Shown here: piece after piece, positions 1 through 10,311 of the stretch
How positions within the stretch are numbered: position 1 is the stretch's first letter
Layout: the number at the start of each line of letters is the position of its first letter
Assembly (NCBI GenBank): GCA_945788155.1
Contig: CALZKX010000218.1
Span: 46,198-110,197, forward strand
Reading direction: 5' to 3'
Origin: an uncultured Flavobacteriaceae bacterium
GTDB taxonomy: Bacteria > Bacteroidota > Bacteroidia > Flavobacteriales > Flavobacteriaceae
DNA: 64,000 bases
The notes under the pieces: model-generated
The model's database searches: none
Seen by the model: only the letters and a program-made list of their open reading frames with translations
What the model was told of the DNA's origin: nothing
Program-made: the position numbers and the translations under genes

Positions 1-75
1 CTCATTTTAGAGAAGGAAGTCAAAGAAAATAAAGTCCAGTTTGTAGAAAAATTAGACCCTAATAATCAATTATAA
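1..75 (+). CDS. C-terminus of probable mobilization accessory protein (BfmA/BtgA/MobA-like), partial
   Basis: Frame 1 is open (LILEKEVKENKVQFVEKLDPNNQL*) and ends 4 bp before the relaxase ATG; product inferred from position only. Confidence 0.45.
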   Translation, partial: LILEKEVKENKVQFVEKLDPNNQL

Positions 76-79
76 AATT

Positions 80-1108
80 ATGTACATCACAATTACAGCT
101 CAAAAATTAGGTGGAGATTATTCGCAAAGTTCAGCCGATTTTGTAGAGTACCTGGAGAAAGAAAACCAAAGTTTGGAACAAGAGGATCTGGAGCATTTTT
201 TTAACCAATACGGCGATGGAATCCAAGCCAAAGAAGTTGTGAAAGAAATCGATGGTAATACTGCAAAATTGAAAAAGAAAGAGCCTAAATTTTATTCAAT
301 TACCGTAAATCCAAGTAAATATGAATTGAGGAAATTACAGAATAATTCTGAAGATTTAAAAAGATACACCAGAGCAATAATGAACGATTATGCAACGTCC
401 TTCAATCGAGAAATCAATGGTAAACCGATAACAGTTGATGATATAAAATATTTCGCCAAAATTGAGCATCAACGAACGTTTAAGGGCACAGATAAACAAG
501 TAAAAGAAAACCAACCTTTTGCCACTAAAATACTTCAGCTAAAAAATGAAATTCGGAAAATAGAACAAGGGCAATTGGAAGAGAACATAAAGAAAATAAA
601 AACTCAAATCGCCAAGTTAGAAGCTGAAGCACCACATCAATTAAACGGAAAACGTATTGTTCAGGGTATGAAAAAAGATGGCAACCAAAGTCATATTCAT
701 ATCATCGTGAGTCGAAAGGATGCTTCCAATTCTGTGAGTTTGTCGCCAGGGTCTAAACATAAAGCTTCTGAAGTTGAGATGCACGGTAAAATTGTAAAAC
801 GAGGGTTTGACAGAGATGCGTTTTTTACAAAAGCCGAAAGCACTTTTGACAAAACGTTTGGCTACAAACGCAACTATGCAGAATCGTATAAGTCGAAGAA
901 AGATTTTATTAAAAATCCAAAGTTATACTTCACAACATTGTTGGGATTGCCAGCTAGTGAGAAAGCATTAGCTTTTAAAATGCTTGCAAAATCTGGAGTG
1001 CCCATTGCGAGTATTCCAACTAATCAAGTGCAATTGGCACTCAAAACTATTAGATATTTAAAACGTGGTGTGGACGTGGCAATTAAATCGGGTTCAATAG
1101 GTATATAA
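80..1108 (+). CDS. mobB: MobB-like relaxase (DUF5712 type)
   Basis: N-terminal YLEKE, HUH-type motif QSHIHIIVSR, directly upstream of coupling protein. Confidence 0.85.
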   Translation: MYITITAQKLGGDYSQSSADFVEYLEKENQSLEQEDLEHFFNQYGDGIQAKEVVKEIDGNTAKLKKKEPKFYSITVNPSKYELRKLQNNSEDLKRYTRAIMNDYATSFNREINGKPITVDDIKYFAKIEHQRTFKGTDKQVKENQPFATKILQLKNEIRKIEQGQLEENIKKIKTQIAKLEAEAPHQLNGKRIVQGMKKDGNQSHIHIIVSRKDASNSVSLSPGSKHKASEVEMHGKIVKRGFDRDAFFTKAESTFDKTFGYKRNYAESYKSKKDFIKNPKLYFTTLLGLPASEKALAFKMLAKSGVPIASIPTNQVQLALKTIRYLKRGVDVAIKSGSIGI

Positions 1109-1109
1109 C

Positions 1110-2702
1110 ATGGAAATACAAGGTATTACATTTACGATTGGGTTATTATTTGGAATGAGCTTGGTGTTTTTTAGCCTTTTCAGAATGACCCGATATGCCT
1201 TTTTTATAAATCTAATATTGACTATAATTTGTTTAGGACTACTTTTCAAAATGAGCCATTATATAATGCAATGGATTATACAGTTGCTTTATATCGGTTG
1301 TCCGCTTTTGCTTATCAATACAGTTTTATATGTATTTCTTCATATGGAGAATGATACTTTCGATTCTAACAATAAACACCAAGTACATTTTAAGGTCAAG
1401 CGAGGAAGTTTCAAAATAGATAACATCAAACGAGGAGCTTCTATTATCGGTTCTGCTGGAAGTGGAAAAACGGAAAGTGTCGTTTTTAATTTCCTTCAGC
1501 ATTTTAGTAAATATAAATTTTCTGGTGTTATTCACGATTACAAGAATTTTGAAATTACAGAAATGGCTTATCCATTATTTGAGAAAAATGAAATTGATTT
1601 TAAAGTCATTTCATTCGATAACATTTATGATCGTGTAAATCCAATAGCACCAAGATATATGACCAATGAAGAAAGTGTAAACGAGGTCGCTAGAGTACTT
1701 ATTGAAAACTTATTGGAGCAAAGAGAATCCGGAAGTATAGGAACAACAAAATTCTTCAATGATGCAGCAGAAGGTCTCATTGGCGGATTAATTTGGAAAT
1801 TAAGAACCTCATATCCTCATCTATGCACCTTACCACATCTAATAGCCATTTACCAATTTCTGGACACTGGGAGCCTAATCGCTTTTTTAAATTCAAATAC
1901 AACATCAAGAGCGATGGCAGATGCTTTTATTAGCGGAAAAGATTCCGACAGACAAACTGCTGGTGTGAAAAGCACACTGGCCAATGCGCTAAAGAAAATA
2001 AGTACACAGCGCATTTTCATGACCTTATCCGCAGATGATGTTCCGCTAGATATAAATAACCAGGAAAAACCTTTAGTGATTTCAGTAGTAAATAATCCAA
2101 AATACGAAACTGCTTATTCACCAATAATCGCAACAATTATTCATACCATTACCAAACAAATGAGTGTACGAAATTCAAATGCTTCGTTTTTGTTGTTGGA
2201 AGAAGCACCAACCATTAGACTATTAAATATGCATAGAATTCCAGCCACATTGCGTAGTTATGATATTGCCACGATTTACGTGATGCAGGACAAAATCCAG
2301 AACGATATGATGTATGGCGATAAGGCGAGTAAAGCGATTTTAAGCAACCTTTCTTATCAATTCTTCGGAAAAGTAAACGATCCCGACACTGCGAAATATT
2401 ACGAACGTTTTTTTGAAATCGTAAAGAAAGAAACCACAAGCGTTAATCGAGGACACAATCTCAATTTTGATACACGAATTACAACAGGAGAACGAGAGGT
2501 CGCTAAAATTAGAGCTGATGTATTCTTCAGATTAAAAGAAGGCGAATTTATCACGTTTGCAGATGGAAAGGATAGAAAAATTCAGTTTAAATTGCCTATA
2601 ATTGAAAAACGATTGCCAGTAAAGAAGCAGGTATTTACAGAAGCAAATTTTGAGGCGAATTTTGAACAGATTTATAGTGAAGTGAGGTCGATTTTTAAGT
2701 AA
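1110..2702 (+). CDS. Type IV secretion coupling protein (VirD4/TraD/MobC-like)
   Basis: N-terminal TM helices, Walker A GSAGSGKT, HDYK motif, Walker B-like LLLEEAP. Confidence 0.88.
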   Translation: MEIQGITFTIGLLFGMSLVFFSLFRMTRYAFFINLILTIICLGLLFKMSHYIMQWIIQLLYIGCPLLLINTVLYVFLHMENDTFDSNNKHQVHFKVKRGSFKIDNIKRGASIIGSAGSGKTESVVFNFLQHFSKYKFSGVIHDYKNFEITEMAYPLFEKNEIDFKVISFDNIYDRVNPIAPRYMTNEESVNEVARVLIENLLEQRESGSIGTTKFFNDAAEGLIGGLIWKLRTSYPHLCTLPHLIAIYQFLDTGSLIAFLNSNTTSRAMADAFISGKDSDRQTAGVKSTLANALKKISTQRIFMTLSADDVPLDINNQEKPLVISVVNNPKYETAYSPIIATIIHTITKQMSVRNSNASFLLLEEAPTIRLLNMHRIPATLRSYDIATIYVMQDKIQNDMMYGDKASKAILSNLSYQFFGKVNDPDTAKYYERFFEIVKKETTSVNRGHNLNFDTRITTGEREVAKIRADVFFRLKEGEFITFADGKDRKIQFKLPIIEKRLPVKKQVFTEANFEANFEQIYSEVRSIFK

Positions 2703-2792
2703 TAAATAAATCATCTTATTTAAGATATTCTTATCAATTTGACTGTCTAAACTTTGTAATAAGTATTATCTTGGCTTTTAAAAATCATCAAA

Positions 2793-4022
2793 ATGCATTA
2801 TATCTGTCTAGATACAAACACATGGATTTATTTGGCGAACGGAACAGAACCCGTTCGTTTACTTGATTATATTGATAAAGAAGTTGAAAAAAACAATATA
2901 GTTATTCTATTGCCTGAAACCATTATCTCTGAATGGGAAGACCACAAAGATAAGACTGTGATGAAAGGTAGTATGAAACATTTTAAAGATATCAATACCG
3001 CACTTAATAGAATATTAAAGCTTTTGGGAGACAAAGGAGAAAAAGATATCCTAAACTTTTTGTTTGACAACAAAGACGATACAGACTATTTCAAAGATTT
3101 CATAATAAGTTTTAACAAGAAGAAAGAAGAAGTTCAGAATGCTGTTAGCCATAATATCAAATTAATAGATAATTTATTTAAGACGAAATCCACTTTAATT
3201 CCAATTGAAGATAAAGTTTATAAAAAGGCAGGTCAATTCGCATTAGCAAAAAAAGCACCTTTTAAAGGCAAAAACAGTTTTGCAGATGCTTTAATTTTAT
3301 TCAGTCTTTTAGACTACGTTAAAGAAAAGTCTATTGAAGAGTCAATTTTTATATCCTATAATACAGACGATTTTTGTGAGAAGAAAGAAGGTAAAAAAAT
3401 ATTGCATCCAGATTTGAAAGATGAATTCTCTGAATCTAAATGTAGATATTTTAAAATTGTTGGAGAGGCTTTAAATACTATTGAAAAAGATATTGTTACC
3501 AAAGAAGAGCTTGTAATTATTGAAGAATTGCAAAATGATTTTTCACATAATGATGATTTAGAATTCTGTGAAATATGTCAGGAGAATAATAATCGTATAA
3601 GTGCTTTATACTTCAGTGAAGTAGAACTAGCAGATGAACGGACTGAAGTTATTATTGATGACCCTAATCAGGCAGAATTTGATTTTGCCAAATCTTTACC
3701 GAAGACAAAGGGAATTGGAAGACAGGCTTCTATAAATGTAGGCTCTTGTAATTGGTGCAGTAGCGAGCATTTTAAATGTGTAGATTGTGGTTATTCTAAT
3801 GCTGTTTGGGAAGGAGAGTTTAACAAACCGAAAGAGTGCGAAAGTTGTGGGTTAGAATATTTGGTGTCTAAAAAATATGATAGAAACGGTATAGAATCTG
3901 TTGAATATTCAATACATAAAAATACGGAAACTTGTGAAAAATGTGGTCAAGAATTTAACAAAGACGACATGATTGAAAATTTGTGCTTTGATTGTGAGAA
4001 CGAATACTCTTATGGAGAGTAA
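2793..4022 (+). CDS. PIN-domain protein (DUF4935-like) with C-terminal Zn-ribbon repeats
   Basis: LDTNTW, SEW, FADALI, NTDDF PIN motifs; six CxxC pairs in the C-terminal third. Confidence 0.75.
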   Translation: MHYICLDTNTWIYLANGTEPVRLLDYIDKEVEKNNIVILLPETIISEWEDHKDKTVMKGSMKHFKDINTALNRILKLLGDKGEKDILNFLFDNKDDTDYFKDFIISFNKKKEEVQNAVSHNIKLIDNLFKTKSTLIPIEDKVYKKAGQFALAKKAPFKGKNSFADALILFSLLDYVKEKSIEESIFISYNTDDFCEKKEGKKILHPDLKDEFSESKCRYFKIVGEALNTIEKDIVTKEELVIIEELQNDFSHNDDLEFCEICQENNNRISALYFSEVELADERTEVIIDDPNQAEFDFAKSLPKTKGIGRQASINVGSCNWCSSEHFKCVDCGYSNAVWEGEFNKPKECESCGLEYLVSKKYDRNGIESVEYSIHKNTETCEKCGQEFNKDDMIENLCFDCENEYSYGE

Positions 4023-4066
4023 AAAAACATAGAAATGGAAGAATTAGTAAAGGATTTAGTAAACAA

Positions 4067-4564
4067 GAATTTTTTGAAGGGTTTTCAGTCCCTCGTAACA
4101 AAGAACTGATGCGCATATTTAAAGACCTAGAATTGGTAGAGCAACTAGGTTCTGGTATTCCACGTATTTTAGAACATTATGGTAAAGAGAGCTTTAGTTT
4201 TTCTGAAAACTTTCTTAGAATGACCTTTGTTACTAAAGAACTTACTACTAAAGTTGATGATAAAATAGATAATGAAGAAGGTGGTCAAGAAGGTGGTCTA
4301 ATAGGTGGTCTAATAGGTGGTCAAATAGGTGGTCAAATAGATAAAGGAAAAGATGATGTAATAGATGCTATCGAGGAATTGACGCACAGACAAAAAGAAA
4401 TCCTTAAAATCATATCATCCGATAACCGGATAAGTCGCTCTGGAATTGCCGAAATTATACATATCAACGAATCTGCCATTCAAAAGCACCTTAATGGCCT
4501 TAAGGGAAAAGGATATTTAGAGCGCATTGGTGGTACAAGAGGATATTGGAAGATACATTTGTAA
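4067..4564 (+). pseudogene. 5'-truncated remnant of AlbA/RecG_C-wHTH type ATP-binding regulator
   Basis: Frame reads EFFEGFSVPRNKELMRIFKDLELVEQLGSGIPRI, typical of the C-terminal part of this family, and ends in wHTH RIGGTRGYW; N-terminal domains are absent. Confidence 0.65.
4280..4339 (+). repeat. 12-bp tandem repeat x5 (GGTGGTC[A/T]A[A/G][T/A]A) encoding GGQE/GGLI/GGQI
   Basis: ggtggtcaagaa ggtggtctaata ggtggtctaata ggtggtcaaata ggtggtcaaata read directly. Confidence 0.9.
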
Positions 4565-4788
4565 GTAATATTCCAGATAGTTGATTTTAATAGAATTCCA
4601 AATACAAATTATTTATATGATTAACAATACAGGTCCAATAAGAAGGGCAAATTAGTATTTACGTACAGAATACCCTGAATTTAAAACGCCTAAATTCTGG
4701 TTCAAATCTTCCAAAAAAAGTTTAATAAATGGAACACTCTTTTTACGAAGCGACGATAGGAGCGTAGTGGAATGTGTGTGGAATGGGA

Positions 4789-5577
4789 TTAAATAATTCC
4801 ATTCGCTTTCTCCAAGTTAATTAATAATGCATCTGAATCTGTCCAAATTTCATTATTGGAATAATCATCAAAAGTTATATTCGTATTAAAATTGGTTACT
4901 TCAAAATCATTTAAAACTGGGTCAAAAATTTCTTCAAACTTTAATATGATGTTTATAGGTTGTTTAATAATCCAATCAAAGACTAATTGACTTCTAAAAC
5001 TTAATTTTGTATTTATTTTATATTTTTTACTTTGAATACTCAAAATTGTATTTGTAAATTGTTCCCAATTATTATCAAAATCCTGAACTATTATAGAACA
5101 GGCTATTTCTGCGAGATTTCTATTAAATTCTATTAAATCAATACCGACTCCTCTTAACCCAATTACTCCAAGTCCTTTAGTAAATGAATACCAAATATCG
5201 CTTTTAGGACAAACAACCAATTTTGAATCTTTCTTTGGAATTACACGAAAGACTTTTCCATTTAAATTGTCTACTGCCGCATTTTTAAAAGCAAAAGACC
5301 TAGCGATCTCTAAATTGTTTGTAATAATTATTGATTCTTTTCTTAATGGCATATCAGACCAGTTACTTAAATTATTCAGTAAAAGATTATAAGAATTTCC
5401 ATTTTTTGATTGAGTCTTACTTGGTCTTTCAAATTTTTTTGTCGAAGACATCAAGTAATCATTTATTTGGGAGCTACTACTTATTCCTTTAAATAATTTA
5501 ACTTCTGGGATAAGATTATTTGTGAATTCACTTTCCAAAAAGTCCTTTACTGAAGTTAAATCTATATCTTTATACAA
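4789..5577 (-). CDS. Hypothetical protein, possible ADP-ribosyltransferase-like fold
   Basis: 262-aa ORF with LFKG ... R(K)ESIIITNN.EIARSF ... VFRVIP ... NEIW spacing reminiscent of ART core strands; TTG start uncertain. Confidence 0.45.
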   Translation of the reverse strand: MYKDIDLTSVKDFLESEFTNNLIPEVKLFKGISSSSQINDYLMSSTKKFERPSKTQSKNGNSYNLLLNNLSNWSDMPLRKESIIITNNLEIARSFAFKNAAVDNLNGKVFRVIPKKDSKLVVCPKSDIWYSFTKGLGVIGLRGVGIDLIEFNRNLAEIACSIIVQDFDNNWEQFTNTILSIQSKKYKINTKLSFRSQLVFDWIIKQPINIILKFEEIFDPVLNDFEVTNFNTNITFDDYSNNEIWTDSDALLINLEKANGII

Positions 5578-5611
5578 GTTATTTATTTTAAGATTGAATT
5601 TAAAGAATTTT

Positions 5612-6739
5612 ATGGCAAAAAAAGTATATCCAGCTAATAAATTACTAAATGTTACATTAAATGATGGATGGTTTGTAGAATCTAAAGTAGAAGAGTTAAC
5701 TACTACTAGTGGAAAATACTCTACTTGTTATATAGTAAGCAAAAATGGACATAAAGGTTTTTTGAAAGCTTTTGATTATAGAGATTTAGCTAAGCCTAGT
5801 GGTCGAGATATTTTTGATAGATTAAACGCAAAATTTGGAAGAGAAAGAGACATTTTAAAAAAATGTAAAAAGTTTGAAATTGATACAGTAGTAGAGTTTA
5901 TTACGGCTGATGAACATTATTTTATTGAAGGTGATCTGAATGAGAAAGTTGATTATTTTATAACCGAATATTCAAAGGATGGCAATATTCAAAAATGCAT
6001 AGAGAATAATAGCTTGATAGATTTAGCAAACAAGTTTAAGTCAATTGCTGATATTTTTCATGGATTAAGTGAGCTTCACGCAAAAGAAATCTGGCATTTA
6101 GATGTTAAACCATCCAATTTATTATATTTTATAGAGCAACAATTAACGAAAATTACTGATTTTGGTAGTGCAAGACAATGGATAGGTGAGAATCTTGACG
6201 ACGATGATAAGGTGGAGGATTTGAACAGTATTTTTAATACTAGATTATATGCTCCACCAGAAATACTTTACAATCATCAATGGACAGATGATTGGAATTT
6301 ATATAGAAGAAAAATAGATTTATATTTAGTCGGAAATGTTATTGTCAAATTTTTCACTAATTTAAGTTTCACAGCATTATTAAGAGAAGAAATTACCGAA
6401 TTTGATGACTGGAATAACAATCAAAATCTTGGAAAGTTTTCTCAAATATTACCTAGTTTAATGACTGCTTCGAGTGAAGTTTATTTAGTAATAAAAGATG
6501 AGATTTACGATGTAAATAAAGAATGTGGGTTGCCTCTTGATAAAAAAGATATTGAACAAGTAATGCTTACTATCAAGCAATTATGTTGTCCAGACCCTAA
6601 ATTAAGAGGAAATCCAAATGAATTATTAAGAAAGAATAATAACGATGGGCTTTACAGGTATAGGGATAGATTTATTCTTTTATCAAAAAAAGCAAGTTAT
6701 AAATCAAAAAGAATTTACCAATTAAAAGAGAAAAACTAA
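5612..6739 (+). CDS. Hanks-type Ser/Thr protein kinase
   Basis: FLKA, HLDVKPSN, DFG, YAPPE motifs; ATG at 5612 preferred to GTG 5522, which overlaps the divergent ORF. Confidence 0.88.
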   Translation: MAKKVYPANKLLNVTLNDGWFVESKVEELTTTSGKYSTCYIVSKNGHKGFLKAFDYRDLAKPSGRDIFDRLNAKFGRERDILKKCKKFEIDTVVEFITADEHYFIEGDLNEKVDYFITEYSKDGNIQKCIENNSLIDLANKFKSIADIFHGLSELHAKEIWHLDVKPSNLLYFIEQQLTKITDFGSARQWIGENLDDDDKVEDLNSIFNTRLYAPPEILYNHQWTDDWNLYRRKIDLYLVGNVIVKFFTNLSFTALLREEITEFDDWNNNQNLGKFSQILPSLMTASSEVYLVIKDEIYDVNKECGLPLDKKDIEQVMLTIKQLCCPDPKLRGNPNELLRKNNNDGLYRYRDRFILLSKKASYKSKRIYQLKEKN

Positions 6740-6741
6740 TC

Positions 6742-8271
6742 ATGTCTGGATTAATTTATCATTCCGACGAAAGAAGAATTCTACCAAAGATAGAAAGAAG
6801 TAAGACTTATTCTGAAAAGAGAGTTATTAGATCATTGGAAAACACATCCATAAAAAATGATCTTATAATTCAATTTAAGGATGATAATATTAATAATAAA
6901 ATTGTGAAATGGGAAGAAGAAAAAGATGTTGCAACTGCAGGTGAAATTCTTTCACATGCTATCGTTACTAATGATACTGACAATATAATTAGACTTAAGA
7001 AATTTTTAAAGCTTGATAACAAAAGAGAAAATGATGACAGTATTTCATTAATTGAAGAAGATGAGCAAAAGACTATTAAATCTAATATTGCTCTGAATAA
7101 GAAAAAGCTTATCGAAGAGCCCAAAGATGCTGTGAGATGGATTGATCAAGCAATTAATTACTTTGAACTTGGACATGTTGAAAAGTCAAAAAAATGTATT
7201 GATTCAGCTTTAACTATTAATAATGATTTTGGATTTGTATTAAGAAATGCCTCTAGAATGCTAAACCATTTTGGTGATACTGGAAGAGCAATAAGTATTT
7301 TAAAAAAATCTGAATATTATAAATATGATCCCCAGATTTTGTCAGCCGAATTAGCTTTTTCTCAAATCGAGAGAAGAAAAACTAAAGGATATGACTTCGG
7401 AAGAAAGCTGTTAAACGGAAAAGTGTATACTAACTATCAAATATCTGAATTAGCTGGAGCTATTGGAACAAATGAATATTTTGATGGCAATTTTAGAAAA
7501 TCTGAAGAATTATTTGACTTGTCGTTGATAGACCCTTCTGAAAATTCTGTTGCTCAATCCTTATGGTATAAAAAGAAGCCCATAGAAAAAGAGAAATTTG
7601 AATTATATCAAAGCTCAAATGAAATACAAGCTCATATTAATACCAAATTAAATAAGTTTGAAGAATCGTTGGTATATGCTAAAAGTTGGATTCATGACGA
7701 AAAATTTTCAATACGACCATATAGAGCAGCTTCTCATTTGAGTGGAGTTATGCTTGAGAATTATAGCGAAGCTTTTGATATTACTAATAAAGGATTAATA
7801 ACTCAAAAAATAATTAAAGGGAAATTAAAACAAAATGAAGAATTTGGACTAATTAATGATCTTGCGTATTATTCACTCAAAGAAGGAAATGTAAAAAAAT
7901 CTCTCTCATATATCCAACCTATGATGGGAGTAATAACAAAAAGCTCGAATTTAAAAGATTTAGATTCAATAAATTTGGCTACTATTGGATTATTTGCATA
8001 TAAAACAGGTCAACCCGATTTAGGTAAAAAATTATATAGAAAAGCAATTAAATATTTTTTTAAAAAAGAAAGTTTTTATTATGCTAGTTCTGCATTTGTT
8101 AATTTTTTTGATGAAGAAATATTTGTTGAAAAGAACATTGATTCTTTGCAAAAATTAAGAAAAGAATTAGATGCTATGGTGACAAAAGATTCAGAAAATG
8201 ATCTTATATTTTTAAAAGAAAAGTCAATTTTGAGGTTTGAAAAAAGAATTAAAGAAATTGTAAATTCATAA
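6742..8271 (+). CDS. TPR-repeat protein co-transcribed with kinase
   Basis: Helical repeats with TPR-like spacing (WIDQAINYFELGHVEKSKKCIDSAL); starts 2 bp after kinase stop. Confidence 0.7.
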   Translation: MSGLIYHSDERRILPKIERSKTYSEKRVIRSLENTSIKNDLIIQFKDDNINNKIVKWEEEKDVATAGEILSHAIVTNDTDNIIRLKKFLKLDNKRENDDSISLIEEDEQKTIKSNIALNKKKLIEEPKDAVRWIDQAINYFELGHVEKSKKCIDSALTINNDFGFVLRNASRMLNHFGDTGRAISILKKSEYYKYDPQILSAELAFSQIERRKTKGYDFGRKLLNGKVYTNYQISELAGAIGTNEYFDGNFRKSEELFDLSLIDPSENSVAQSLWYKKKPIEKEKFELYQSSNEIQAHINTKLNKFEESLVYAKSWIHDEKFSIRPYRAASHLSGVMLENYSEAFDITNKGLITQKIIKGKLKQNEEFGLINDLAYYSLKEGNVKKSLSYIQPMMGVITKSSNLKDLDSINLATIGLFAYKTGQPDLGKKLYRKAIKYFFKKESFYYASSAFVNFFDEEIFVEKNIDSLQKLRKELDAMVTKDSENDLIFLKEKSILRFEKRIKEIVNS

Positions 8272-8510
8272 TTTGACCTCATAAAGTTTTGGTCTGCCGT
8301 ATCTACAATACTTTTAAAACAAAGCGTCCCATTTAAGGGAAATCATTAATAATGTGCAGATTAGAATCTTCGCTATATGGCGTCGTAAATTTTACCTATG
8401 GGCTGGAAATTTTGATTGGTACAAGTACAAAGTCGTGTATAGCCAAAAAAGCTTCATAACTTTCTGGTGTAGTATTCTCTATTAAGCAAATAACATCTTT
8501 TTCATAATCT

Positions 8511-9347
8511 TTAATTTGGGTTGTTAATTGTTTTATCTGAAATTTTCAGTTTTAAGTTGCGTTCGCCATTCTTTTCATTGAGTTCTAGTAGTACCAAACG
8601 CTCATCACTAATAGAGAATTTCGGAACTACATAAACCAACTTTACTGTTTGATTCTCTTTAATTTTCGATGGCAAGTTATATGTAAAAACAGGCTCTAAA
8701 TAGAGGCTTTGTAATGATTTTTTCTTGCCTTTTTTTCTGGTCTGAATGGTTAGGTTCAAGAAATTCACATCGTAGTCCAAAGACGATTTGTTTTCAATGG
8801 TCATTACAAAATACAGTTCCTCTTTATCAAAAACGATATTTTCAATCTTTAGAATAATACCATCATGTCGCTTTTTAAGCTTGCCAATGCGTTGTCTTCT
8901 TTTTACCAAATACGAACAAAAACGTTCATAATAATTGATTTTAAAATCGAAGCTATCAATATGTTTATTTTCGTCATCCACAGCTCCAATAAATGGCTTT
9001 TCGTTGCCAATTGATGTCGAATCTGGTATAAAGTAATTCAACTTTTCCAGTACTTCCTTATACCTTATAATATACGAAAAAATAGAACCATTATTGTTGA
9101 TTATCAGTAAATTACTTTCGTTTCCTGGTGTGGCTTGTAGTAATCCAAAATATTGTTCTTTTTCACGGTTATAGGTAAATGCAAAATTCTCAGAACCTGT
9201 AATCCCTTGACGAATTGGGTTAGGGAAAAAGAGTGCTACATTTTTATGATTATTGGCATAAATAGTGTCCAATATTTGCGTTTGATTTTGTGCTTTTAGT
9301 AATGTAGAAACCAAAACAAAGCTAATTGTGAAGATTATAGTTTTCAT
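8511..9347 (-). CDS. traN: Conjugative transposon TraN-like protein (DUF4138)
   Basis: Signal peptide, LNEKNGERNL C-terminal motif, follows TraM. Confidence 0.8.
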   Translation of the reverse strand: MKTIIFTISFVLVSTLLKAQNQTQILDTIYANNHKNVALFFPNPIRQGITGSENFAFTYNREKEQYFGLLQATPGNESNLLIINNNGSIFSYIIRYKEVLEKLNYFIPDSTSIGNEKPFIGAVDDENKHIDSFDFKINYYERFCSYLVKRRQRIGKLKKRHDGIILKIENIVFDKEELYFVMTIENKSSLDYDVNFLNLTIQTRKKGKKKSLQSLYLEPVFTYNLPSKIKENQTVKLVYVVPKFSISDERLVLLELNEKNGERNLKLKISDKTINNPN

Positions 9348-10285
9348 AAGATTATTTTTTTTTGTGAGACTTTTAAAATCATTTTATAATTATTGACAAC
9401 CGTAACTTTGACGTTCCGGTTACTGCGCTGAAATACTTTTTTAATACCACTAACTTGAGGTACACCAGCAACATTGATGTCGTCAACCAGATCTTCAACT
9501 ACTTCGTGTCTGGCTTCAGCTCTAAAACTATTTTCAACATAAATACCTTCGCTTCCATCCTGTAAATCAAATGCTTTGAGTTTTACCGATTCATGCAAAA
9601 TGTTCTCAATATCAATCATGGCGCGATTAGGCTGAAAGCTTATAAAACCATAAACAGGTGTATTTTTCGGAACAATACGGTTATTGATTAACGCGTCTTT
9701 CGTCAAACGCATTCGCAAACGGTAATGCGTTTTTACAGTTTGGTTTCCATCCACCATAACATGAATTGTGGAATCTGTGTTTTGCAAATTGAAATTTGGA
9801 TTCTTTTGTGGATTGGATGCAAAGAACAATTGATGTTCCAACCCAATTTCCTTTGCTTCAATTTTCAGTTCTTCTTCAGCAGAGGTGTCGATATCTTCAT
9901 TGGGTTTATCATTAGTTGGCTTCGGTTTTGAATTGCGGTATCGATTTTCAGAATAATTAATTTTGCCGAACCTATAGATACTGTCCACAATGCGCTGCTT
10001 TTCTTTTTCTACCAAATCGGGATCGTAAAAACCAAGAGAATCAATAAGTTTTTCATCATAAATGCTCGGCACATTTGTTTCACGAACTTCTTTTAGGTTG
10101 TTGATGGCATCGAGTTTAGAAGAGTAATCTTCCTGTTCTTGTTTAAGTTCCGGGATTAAGGTTTGTTTTAGGTTATCGTTTTCTTCATCATCATTTCCCA
10201 TCATTAAAACAGTATAGGAAGTAATGAAAATTAAAACGACTGCCAGCACAGAACCAAAGACGATTTTATTCTTTTCTAGTTTCAT
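9344..10285 (-). CDS. traM: Conjugative transposon TraM
   Basis: N-terminal TM, RLRMRL and AFDLQDGSEGIYV motifs. Confidence 0.85.
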   Translation of the reverse strand: MKLEKNKIVFGSVLAVVLIFITSYTVLMMGNDDEENDNLKQTLIPELKQEQEDYSSKLDAINNLKEVRETNVPSIYDEKLIDSLGFYDPDLVEKEKQRIVDSIYRFGKINYSENRYRNSKPKPTNDKPNEDIDTSAEEELKIEAKEIGLEHQLFFASNPQKNPNFNLQNTDSTIHVMVDGNQTVKTHYRLRMRLTKDALINNRIVPKNTPVYGFISFQPNRAMIDIENILHESVKLKAFDLQDGSEGIYVENSFRAEARHEVVEDLVDDINVAGVPQVSGIKKVFQRSNRNVKVTVVNNYKMILKVSQKKIIL

Positions 10286-10311
10286 AATACGTGGTGTTTG
10301 AATGATAATTA

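Noticed and set aside
4726-4788. GC-richer spacer segment as an inverted end matching 8321-8335
   Set aside because: Only a short gapped match and no target duplication or transposase; not supportable
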